A program made the position numbers and the translations under genes. From positions 1,632,001 through 1,696,000 of the forward strand of contig OZ242358.1 in the NCBI GenBank assembly GCA_965208835.1: a stretch of DNA of 64,000 bases, given 5' to 3'. Of this stretch, positions 47,583-55,408 are shown one piece after another. The number at the start of each line of letters is the position of its first letter. Position 1 is the stretch's first letter. The notes below the pieces were generated by a model. That model saw only the letters and a program-made list of their open reading frames with translations, was not told where the DNA came from and did not search any database. The DNA comes from Candidatus Latescibacterota bacterium (GTDB taxonomy: Bacteria > Latescibacterota > UBA2968 > GCA-2709665).

Positions 47583-48878
47583 ATGAATACCACGCGATCC
47601 AGAGCGCTTTTCGATGCGAGTTCCCGCTACCTCGCAATGGGCGTTTCTTCCGGCATGAGGCGCGCCGTGACCTCGCCGCCGCTATTCTTCGAGCGGGCGG
47701 AGGGGCCTTATTACTACGATGTGGACGGGAACCGATTGCTGGACTACACACTGGCGTGGGGGCCGTTGATCCTGGGGTCGAACCACCCGGCGCTGAACGC
47801 GGCCGTGACAGCGGCAATCCGGAATTCATACACACTGGGCGCCCAGCATCCGGGTGAGGTCGCGTTCGCGAAACTGCTCGTGGAAACACTTCCGGGCGTG
47901 GATCAGGTGGTTTTTTCCAATACGGGTTCCGAGGCCGTACAGGTGGCGCTTCGGCTTGCCCGCGCGGCGACCGGACGGACCAGATTTGTCAAATTCGAGG
48001 GGCACTACCACGGCTGGTTGAACAATATCCTGGTGAGCTACCACGAATCCGACGAAGCGCTTGGCGCCCCGGAGGCTCCCCGGGTCGTGGCCGCGTGCGG
48101 CGGCCAGCCGGAGGCGGAGTTCTCGGAGACCATAACGCTTCCGTGGAATCGCCTGGACCTGCTGGAAGACCTGTTCGCAAGACGTGGCGGGGAAATCGCA
48201 GCGGTGATATCCGAGCCGGTGCTGGCCAACTCGGGATCCATTATGCCTGCGGAGGGATTTCTGCAGGGGATGGTCGAACTGTGCCGAAACAACGGCGCGG
48301 TTTCGATATTCGACGAGGTTATTACAGGGTTTCGTCTTGCCCTTGGCGGCGCGAGGGAATACTTCGACGTCATCCCCGATCTGTCGGTCTACGCCAAGGC
48401 CCTGGCCGGCGGATTCACGCTTTCCGCCGTGGCGGGGTCGCGGAGGATGTTCGACGTGCTCCGGGACGGCGCGACGATCCACGCTGGAACGTATAACGGG
48501 AGCACGGTCAATCTTGCCGCCGGGCTTGCGACGGTAAAGATCCTGAGCGCTGATCCCCGTGCCTTCCAGCAGATGCATGAGCATGGGTACGCGATTCGGC
48601 AGACGATCGAAGCAGCTGCGGCTACCCGGGGAATACCGCTGTGCATATCGGGAGCAGGTACCGTCTTCAACGTTCACTTTGGCGTTCAGACACCGCCGGT
48701 GCATTATCGGGAACTGAAGGCTTCGGACATGGCGCTTTACACGCGGTTCCGGGCCGGCATGCTGGACGAGGGCATTCAGTTGTTGCCCGATGGCCGCTGG
48801 TACGTGGGCCTGACCCATGGCGAGGAGGAACTGAATCTGGTGTGTGTGGCGGTCCGCTCGGTCGTCGCGGACCTGTAG
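47583..48878 (+). CDS. Class III PLP aminotransferase (GSA aminomutase-like)
   Basis: DVDGN, NTGSEA, KFEGHYHG, FDEVITGFR, YAKALAGG, HAGTYNG. Confidence 0.9.
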   Translation: MNTTRSRALFDASSRYLAMGVSSGMRRAVTSPPLFFERAEGPYYYDVDGNRLLDYTLAWGPLILGSNHPALNAAVTAAIRNSYTLGAQHPGEVAFAKLLVETLPGVDQVVFSNTGSEAVQVALRLARAATGRTRFVKFEGHYHGWLNNILVSYHESDEALGAPEAPRVVAACGGQPEAEFSETITLPWNRLDLLEDLFARRGGEIAAVISEPVLANSGSIMPAEGFLQGMVELCRNNGAVSIFDEVITGFRLALGGAREYFDVIPDLSVYAKALAGGFTLSAVAGSRRMFDVLRDGATIHAGTYNGSTVNLAAGLATVKILSADPRAFQQMHEHGYAIRQTIEAAAATRGIPLCISGAGTVFNVHFGVQTPPVHYRELKASDMALYTRFRAGMLDEGIQLLPDGRWYVGLTHGEEELNLVCVAVRSVVADL

Positions 48879-48912
48879 TGTTCTGTCTGCCTCTTCTGCA
48901 CGGTCAAAAGCC

Positions 48913-48941
48913 TTGACAATGGATGGGTGTTATGGTAAAAT
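48913..48941 (+). promoter_or_regulatory. Sigma70 promoter
   Basis: TTGACA-17-TAAAAT with TG extension. Confidence 0.8.
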
Positions 48942-49004
48942 CACAAAGGGTGCGGGATACCCGTGTTCTTCCACGTTCAGAAGGGAATCCGGAGGATAAC
49001 GTAT

Positions 49005-49781
49005 ATGGGGATGGACGACATTCAGCCACTTCTGGACAGTTGGCCGTACGAGCCCGACAAACTCTGTGTGAGGAGAATCACGGGGACGGACGGCAAGGAG
49101 AAGATCCAACTCCGGGTGGAAATGGGGATCCTGCAGATGGAAGTCGCCGGTCGCCCGGACGGGCAGCGCCCTCACGGTCATGAGTCTCTGCTCCACTATT
49201 ACAAGGAAAAAGCGGGGGTGGCGTTGCGGGACTCGAAGTCATTCAATCTGGACCCCGATGTCTGTCTTACGCTCCAGGTTGAAGGGCTCCAGTACTACCA
49301 CCGGCGGATCAGCTTTCTGGAACTCGGCGAGTATCGTCTTGCCCAGGCGGATGCTCAGCGAAACCTCGACATGTTCGACTTCGTCAAGGAATTCGCGCGT
49401 GAAGAAGAAGACAGCATGGTTCTTGAGCAGTACAGACCGTTCGTAATCGGGCACCGTGTACGCGCGGTGGTTCTTCAGGAATTGGAGGCTGAAGAATTCG
49501 ATAAAGCGCTTCTGGAAATCAACAACGGCATTGAGGAGATCCAGGGCTTTTTCAAAGAGTACGATCGACCCGACCTGGTGGAAGACAGCGAAGAGGTCGT
49601 ATTCTTGAAGGAATGGGCGGAAGAGATCCGAAAGGATCGGCCAAGGCCCCTTTTCCAAGACCTTAAGGAACAACTCAGCGAGGCTGTTGCCATTGAAGAT
49701 TTCGAACGCGCCGCCCAGCTTCGCGATCAGCTTCAGGCGCTTTCCCCCGTGTCAGAACGACAGGCACGATCCCGCAAGTAA
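49005..49781 (+). CDS. UvrB/UvrC (UVR) motif-containing protein
   Basis: KIQLRVEMGILQME..GRPDG; C-terminal LSEAVAIEDFERAAQLRDQL; GGAGG RBS. Confidence 0.82.
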   Translation: MGMDDIQPLLDSWPYEPDKLCVRRITGTDGKEKIQLRVEMGILQMEVAGRPDGQRPHGHESLLHYYKEKAGVALRDSKSFNLDPDVCLTLQVEGLQYYHRRISFLELGEYRLAQADAQRNLDMFDFVKEFAREEEDSMVLEQYRPFVIGHRVRAVVLQELEAEEFDKALLEINNGIEEIQGFFKEYDRPDLVEDSEEVVFLKEWAEEIRKDRPRPLFQDLKEQLSEAVAIEDFERAAQLRDQLQALSPVSERQARSRK

Positions 49782-49819
49782 GTCAAGCGACCTGCGCGCA
49801 TTTGAACGTCAGGGAGGAG

Positions 49820-51130
49820 ATGCATCTATTGGCGGTGCATGAAGTAATCACCAGGGAGGAGCCGGAACGCGCGATTCTGGTGGGAATGGCGCATTCGGGC
49901 GATGTCTCCTGGGATGCGAACGACACATTGAATGAACTCGCGTTGCTCGCGGATACGGCGGGTGCGCAGGTCGTGGACCGGATGGTGCAGGAGCGTGATA
50001 GCATCGATCCGGCTTTTTTTATCGGTCGGGGCAAGGCGGAGGAACTTGCGCACCGCGTAAAGCAACGCAATGCGCAACTGGTGATTTTTGACGATGACCT
50101 GTCACCCGCCCAGTTCAAGAATCTCGAAGAACTCGCTGGAGTCAATGTAATCGACAGGAGCCGACTGATTCTGGATATATTCGCCGGCAGGGCAAAAACC
50201 CGCGAATCGCAGACACAGGTGGAGTTGGCGCAGCTCAACTATCTGTTGCCGCGTCTGACGCGTCGATGGACGCACCTGTCGCGCCAGGCCGGCCACGGCG
50301 GAACAACGGGCGGGATCGGAACACGGGGGCCGGGAGAGACTCAGTTGGAGGTGGACCGTCGGGCGCTGCGGAGCCGGATCGGGGTACTGACCAGAGCGCT
50401 GAACCGGATTTCCCGGAGGCGCGTACTCGGGCGTAAACAGCGTACCGATACGTTTCGCATCTCCCTGGTGGGTTATACGAATGCAGGCAAGTCTACATTG
50501 ATGCGCGCACTTTCAGGCGCCGACGTTCTGGTGGAAGACCGCTTGTTCGCAACGCTGGACTCCACGACCCGCCGGGTACATCTGGGGTATAATCGCGAGG
50601 TCTTGCTTACCGATACGGTCGGCTTCATTCGAAAGCTCCCTCATCACCTTGTCGCATCGTTCAGAAGCACCCTCGAAGAGGCGGTGGACGCGGACATGTT
50701 ACTGCACGTCGTCGACGTCGGTCATCCCAGGTGCGAGGACCAGATTGCGGCAGTGTATGAAACGCTTCAGGGTCTGGGCATCGCGGAGTACCCCACATTG
50801 ATGGCGTTCAACAAAATCGACCGGTTTGACGACCCGGTAATTCAGCGACGTCTGCGGGCCCGGTTTCCGGATGGTGTCTGGGTCTCGGCAAAGGAAGCCC
50901 TGGGCCTGGACGAACTGCGATTGGCGATTTACGACCGACTTGAGGGCCAGCGCTCGGTGATGCATCTTTGCATTCCACAGGCTGAAGGCAAGCTCCTTTC
51001 GGAACTGCATCGGGTAGGCGAAATCCTGAATACGGCATATGAACGAAACGATGTGTTGCTGGAGATTAAACTGAGCCACCAGAATGCCAGGCGGCTCCTG
51101 CCTGATGGAAGATTCCGGATCAAACGGTAA
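49820..51130 (+). CDS. hflX: GTPase HflX
   Basis: GRGK, QVELAQL, GPGETQLEVDRR, GYTNAGKS, LFATLD, DTVGFI, NKID. Confidence 0.96.
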   Translation: MHLLAVHEVITREEPERAILVGMAHSGDVSWDANDTLNELALLADTAGAQVVDRMVQERDSIDPAFFIGRGKAEELAHRVKQRNAQLVIFDDDLSPAQFKNLEELAGVNVIDRSRLILDIFAGRAKTRESQTQVELAQLNYLLPRLTRRWTHLSRQAGHGGTTGGIGTRGPGETQLEVDRRALRSRIGVLTRALNRISRRRVLGRKQRTDTFRISLVGYTNAGKSTLMRALSGADVLVEDRLFATLDSTTRRVHLGYNREVLLTDTVGFIRKLPHHLVASFRSTLEEAVDADMLLHVVDVGHPRCEDQIAAVYETLQGLGIAEYPTLMAFNKIDRFDDPVIQRRLRARFPDGVWVSAKEALGLDELRLAIYDRLEGQRSVMHLCIPQAEGKLLSELHRVGEILNTAYERNDVLLEIKLSHQNARRLLPDGRFRIKR

Positions 51131-51276
51131 CAGTCCGTTGATAAAGTCGCTCTGCAGGCGAGGCCGAAGACAGGGCGTGCAACCGGGTCCCGTCCTGCGA
51201 TTCGGCGAGGGTGCGCAACGCAGTATTTCGACCGCAAGGGCCGGTCGTAGCCCCGATGGGCTTTTTCAACGGGCTG
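51131..51276. mobile_element. MITE family B, copy 2 (146 bp, inverted)
   Basis: Ends cagtccgttga / tcaacgggctg; begins right after the hflX TAA. Confidence 0.88.
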
Positions 51277-51416
51277 CTTAGCTAAAGATCGAGAGGTAAG
51301 GAGATATTCCGGTTCGACCGCCGGATTGCGGCCTGGCAACTCGAATCGCGGGAGAATGACAAAGGCGTTTGCGGGAAGGAACCGCAAACGCCAGTTTTTT
51401 CGTACGCGCGAAATAT

Positions 51417-51836
51417 TCAGGTCGACGCCTCTTCTGTATTGGCAGATCCGATTTCCTCCGGCTCGCCAACCGGTGGCGGCTCGACTTCGTCCCCTGCGGT
51501 ACACTTGCCCCTAATGATGGCGCCTTCTTCGACGACAATCGATCGTGCGGCGACGTCTCCGTTAAATACGGCGCTGGCTTCCAGCTTGACGCTGCCTTCG
51601 GCTTCTAGATTGCCTGATACTTCCCCGCCGATCACAGCGTCTCTAACACGGACAATTTCGGCTTCCACTCTTCCGGAAGGCCCGATGACGAGGGTGCCGG
51701 AAGCATGCAACTCCCCCTTGAGCGTCCCGTCCAAACGGATGCTTTCTTCCGTCTTTACAAATCCTTCCATTACCGTGTCTTTGCCGATGACCGTCTTGAT
51801 GGCTTCCTGTTCCAGTTTCTGTTTAAACCCTAACAT
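51417..51836 (-). CDS. Bactofilin (polymer-forming cytoskeletal protein)
   Basis: TVIGKDTVMEG..IRLDG..GEV.GN..GDV..IVVEEGAIIRG beta-helix pattern. Confidence 0.9.
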   Translation of the reverse strand: MLGFKQKLEQEAIKTVIGKDTVMEGFVKTEESIRLDGTLKGELHASGTLVIGPSGRVEAEIVRVRDAVIGGEVSGNLEAEGSVKLEASAVFNGDVAARSIVVEEGAIIRGKCTAGDEVEPPPVGEPEEIGSANTEEAST

Positions 51837-51981
51837 GACAATATCCGCTTGTGTGTATTTCCTCGTTCCGGCAGGTTGGTTACCTGACCGACTTTCCGGT
51901 GAGAATCGAAATCCTATATACTGACAGGTGGCGGACGATGCTACTGAAGGGCCTGGCGTATCACATACCAGGATTCCGAAA

Positions 51982-52428
51982 TTATCTTGAATCTATGGAA
52001 TCGCGCGTTGATCCTGACGAGCGCTCAATTGCGCCGGGGACAGGCGCGCCTTCCTTTCCGTTCCCGGTCGAGCGCCCGGATGACCCCGGATTCGCGCGTG
52101 CGGCTGGTGCCAATTCTGAATCGGGCAACAGCATCTGACGCAGTTTCTGATCGGTTCCCTGGATTCGCTTGAGGGTTAACGCCAGTTCTTCTACACGGGC
52201 GACTTCCGCATTCAGCCTTGTGTTTTCTTCCTTGAGCGTTTGCGCCGTCTGTCTCCATTCCTGAATCTTCCAGATGAAGGCGAATTCCAGGACCAGCATG
52301 ACAAGGAGCAGGATCAATGCGCCGGCCACCATCCTCAACGGCCAATAGCCGACCTTCAGGACGACAGTACGCGAGCCGTCATCGGGGACAAAAAGGACCG
52401 ACATCCTCCTCCGTCGTTGCCTGGCCAC
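51982..52428 (-). CDS. Membrane-anchored coiled-coil protein resembling an M23 peptidase N-terminus without the catalytic domain
   Basis: SVLFVPDD, single TM, coiled coil ending DQKLRQML; upstream of bactofilin. Confidence 0.65.
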   Translation of the reverse strand: MARQRRRRMSVLFVPDDGSRTVVLKVGYWPLRMVAGALILLLVMLVLEFAFIWKIQEWRQTAQTLKEENTRLNAEVARVEELALTLKRIQGTDQKLRQMLLPDSELAPAARANPGSSGRSTGNGKEGAPVPGAIERSSGSTRDSIDSR

Positions 52429-52578
52429 GCGATATGTCTCCCTTTCGGATGATCATGAGTCCCACGGTGCCACCGTCCGGTATCGTGGGGTCCCGCAACC
52501 GCGTTACAGCTCGAGCGATGACGAAGCGTCGTGTCTCCGCAGTTTACCCGGTCCCGACACCCTGACGGCGCACCATTG

Positions 52579-52607
52579 AGATTAGGTTCCGGATCAGTGT
52601 TTGTCAA
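52579..52607 (-). promoter_or_regulatory. Sigma70 promoter for the coiled-coil/bactofilin genes
   Basis: Minus strand TTGACA-17-TAATCT. Confidence 0.65.
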
Positions 52608-52688
52608 GAGTTTTAAGACGCGGGCGCCGCCCGACAGTGGGATTCCAGAATAAGGACCGGGACGGACGCCAGGACCGCAGACTCGCGT

Positions 52689-52850
52689 TCATGCGCGTTT
52701 CTGCAGCAACCAGCCGGCCAGAAAAATCAGACCGCCGATGATGGCCAGGCGCAGCTCCCGGCCGATGTTTTCTTCGTACAGGCCGACGAAGAGACCGTAC
52801 CCCATATATATCAAACCGGCAAGTTGAAGGGTGCGAGCAAGCAGGCGCAT
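52689..52850 (-). CDS. Small two-TM membrane protein (53 aa)
   Basis: MRLLARTLQLAGLIYMGYGLFVG...IIGGLIFLAGWLLQKRA. Confidence 0.65.
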   Translation of the reverse strand: MRLLARTLQLAGLIYMGYGLFVGLYEENIGRELRLAIIGGLIFLAGWLLQKRA

Positions 52851-53091
52851 TGGACACCCCGTCCCCGCCTCCTCCCGTCTCGTCCGCGTTTTGCGGAGTT
52901 GATACGGTGGAAGGCTTCCGATTACGTTCGAAACATCAAGAATTCCACGACTTAAAGTCAATAGTCCGGGTCGGTACCCTGGAAAAACCCGGCGGCAGAT
53001 GGTACTCTGCCCTGGTACCGGATTGGCGAACGGCGAGGTACTCTTGGGGACGGGACACCAGTTCGACGTGATTATCCGGATACGGCAAATG

Positions 53092-53123
53092 CGAAAGCCG
53101 ACATCCTGAGATATCGGCTTTCG
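53092..53123 (-). terminator. Hairpin downstream of the efflux operon
   Basis: cgaaagccgacatc-ctga-gatatcggctttcg. Confidence 0.5.
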
Positions 53124-53211
53124 GCTGCGTGGTTCGCCATCGCCAGTCTTGCCGGCCGGTAACCCCGTTCCCGTTTGCGCGGGGTTATTTCGATGCGCGC
53201 AAACGGGGACC

Positions 53212-53676
53212 CTAAAATGCCTTGTTGAGGTTCAGGCGAACCCCCCTTGCCTTGAGGTCGCCGTTGACAGCCAGGCCAATGCCCTTCATTTCGACCAGGT
53301 TGTCCTTTTTTTCAGGCGGCGGAAGTTCCTCATCTCCATCGGAAAGGAAGAGATGGACCGAGTACGCCAGGGTTCCGAGGCCGAGACCGAGCATGATAGC
53401 GGCCCTCGTGTCGTTGGACTTGCTCTCGTTGTAAAAGTCTCCAGCGTTCTGGGAGGAGGTTGCCGTTCTGTACTGTTCGTACGCTTCGTTCGCGTCCTTC
53501 CTGGACGCGTGCGCCTCTGTGAAGAACCAGAGGCTTGCCCCCAGCGAAAGCGCTCCATAGAGTTTCTTGGAGTAGAGGAAGTCCTTTGATTTCTGCTGCG
53601 CATGCGTGGGAACAGCTGAGACAAAAAGCGTGATGACGGCGACGGCGAGCGCGAGGGCGCGTTTTCGGCTGTCCAT
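53212..53676 (-). CDS. Hypothetical exported/membrane protein
   Basis: Signal peptide (..PTHA), two hydrophobic segments, C-terminal Phe; GGAGG RBS. Confidence 0.7.
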   Translation of the reverse strand: MDSRKRALALAVAVITLFVSAVPTHAQQKSKDFLYSKKLYGALSLGASLWFFTEAHASRKDANEAYEQYRTATSSQNAGDFYNESKSNDTRAAIMLGLGLGTLAYSVHLFLSDGDEELPPPEKKDNLVEMKGIGLAVNGDLKARGVRLNLNKAF

Positions 53677-53718
53677 GAATCCTCCGGAAATCGAATGGCG
53701 CTTTTTTCCTTCTTCGTT

Positions 53719-55116
53719 TTATTCGTCGGATTGAACGAGCGACGCGCCTACGTGTTGTTCCAGTTGAGCCAATTCAATCTGATATTGAAATCTGTCCTGC
53801 ACCAGCTGATTCCGGACCGTAAAGAGCTGAAACTGCGCCTGCTGGCGCTGGAGGAAAGTGCCGCCGCCCAGGTTGTACCGCTGGTCCTCGAGCCTGAAGT
53901 TTTCTTCAGCAGCCTTCACGGCCGCTTCGTTGGCGGTGACGCTACGGCGAAGCCTTTCGAGGTTCAAGAACGACAGCCTGAGTTCCATGGCCTGCTGTCG
54001 TTTGGCCTGATCGAGCAGTTCACGGCTCCTCAGGTACTCCAGCTTCTGGATCTTGACGTTGTTTTCCGTAGCCAGTCCGTTGAAAATCGGCATGCTGATG
54101 CTGATGCCCGCACTGTAAGAGTAGTTCTTGACAAAGAGGTCGTCCACGCCCGCAAAACCCTCACCCCGGTTCAACTGCCAGCCGTACCGTGCGCTACCCG
54201 ATATTCTCGGAAAGCGTACGCTGTACCTTGTGGCCTTAAGTTGATCCCTGCTTGCAAGCATTCGGTGTCTTTGCGCCAAAATCTCCGGATTTCCTTTCAG
54301 TGCTCTCTCCAGCGATTCCTGATAAGTGATGGGCGGCGGTGCAACCGAAAAGGTTTTCTCGGTCGGCGTAACGTTCACGTCAGGACTCAGCCCGAGGGAG
54401 AACGCAAGCTCAGACCGGGCGATGGCAACGTCATTTTCTCTGGCGATGATCGTCACGCGGTTGCGCGCCAGCTCAGATTCGGCGCTGAGGACTTCGGCAA
54501 TAGTGGTCGAGCCGATTTCGTACATCGTCTTTTCACGGCGCAGGCTCTCTTTAGAAACGCTGACCTGCTCTTTCGCCAGTTCCAGTTGCTCCATTCGCTG
54601 GAGGAGGATGAAATATCGCTGTTTTACCTGAAAAACCGTCTGGTGGCGGCTGCCGGACAGGTCCATCTCCGCCGCTCGCGCCGTCTTCCTGCTGGCCGCC
54701 AGATTCGCAAAATCGGCGGCGTCGAAAATGCTAATGCTCAGACTCGATCCGACGGACTGAGACCCGCCCACGCGGTCTTCGCCCAGGGTGGTGACGATTG
54801 TCTGCGTGGTCTGATCGAAGATGGCACCTTCCCTGGGGCCGGTCACGCTTCTGGAAAGGTTGTAGCTGCTGCTCAGCGACGGCAGGAAAGCGTTGCGGCG
54901 CGCATCGATCTGTGCGACAGCGATCTCCCGCGAGAAGCGGGATTGAGTGATCGCCGTGTTGTTGCCCAGAGCAATTTCGATGCATTCGGAGAGGCTGAGA
55001 TGCATCTCTCTGGATGCCGTTTCTTCCGCCGAGACCGGCGCTGAAAGGGCTGCGGCAACAGCGAACAGCAACGCTTTCTTCAGCATGCGTGACATACCGG
55101 GCGCTCCTATGTTCAT
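53719..55116 (-). CDS. TolC-family outer-membrane efflux protein
   Basis: LSLSECIEIALGNN, FLPSL, VKQRYF, YEIG, repeated OEP halves. Confidence 0.9.
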   Translation of the reverse strand: MNIGAPGMSRMLKKALLFAVAAALSAPVSAEETASREMHLSLSECIEIALGNNTAITQSRFSREIAVAQIDARRNAFLPSLSSSYNLSRSVTGPREGAIFDQTTQTIVTTLGEDRVGGSQSVGSSLSISIFDAADFANLAASRKTARAAEMDLSGSRHQTVFQVKQRYFILLQRMEQLELAKEQVSVSKESLRREKTMYEIGSTTIAEVLSAESELARNRVTIIARENDVAIARSELAFSLGLSPDVNVTPTEKTFSVAPPPITYQESLERALKGNPEILAQRHRMLASRDQLKATRYSVRFPRISGSARYGWQLNRGEGFAGVDDLFVKNYSYSAGISISMPIFNGLATENNVKIQKLEYLRSRELLDQAKRQQAMELRLSFLNLERLRRSVTANEAAVKAAEENFRLEDQRYNLGGGTFLQRQQAQFQLFTVRNQLVQDRFQYQIELAQLEQHVGASLVQSDE

Positions 55117-55408
55117 CTTAACTCATGCCGGCTCGTTCGATCTCTTGGAATGAGGTATACGACCGGAAACACCGGCCGACGGATCGAATGTTCCGAACGG
55201 CGGCAATTCCGGCGAGATGCTGACTATTGAATTAGACAGCGCGAAATGAGAAAAGTTACGGGTAAATTCCTTCGCACCGTTGTCGACGAAAGAAAACAGA
55301 ATTCCAGGGAAAAGGAAAGTGAAAACTTCCGTGAACGAGGACCCCCGAGAGGTCCAGGACGTCGCGCGACGACGGGGCAGGTTGTGCGCCGGTTCCCTGT
55401 TTCAGGCG

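Noticed and set aside
47583-48878. Calling the class III aminotransferase hemL
   Set aside because: Diverges from the canonical HemL N-terminal GVNSPVR motif (reads GVSSGMR) and has no tetrapyrrole gene context
52470-52560. c-di-GMP-I riboswitch-like GGTAAAC..GAGA..GACGC on the minus strand
   Set aside because: P2 pairing is weak and the downstream AAAGC/P3 motifs are missing; needs cmsearch
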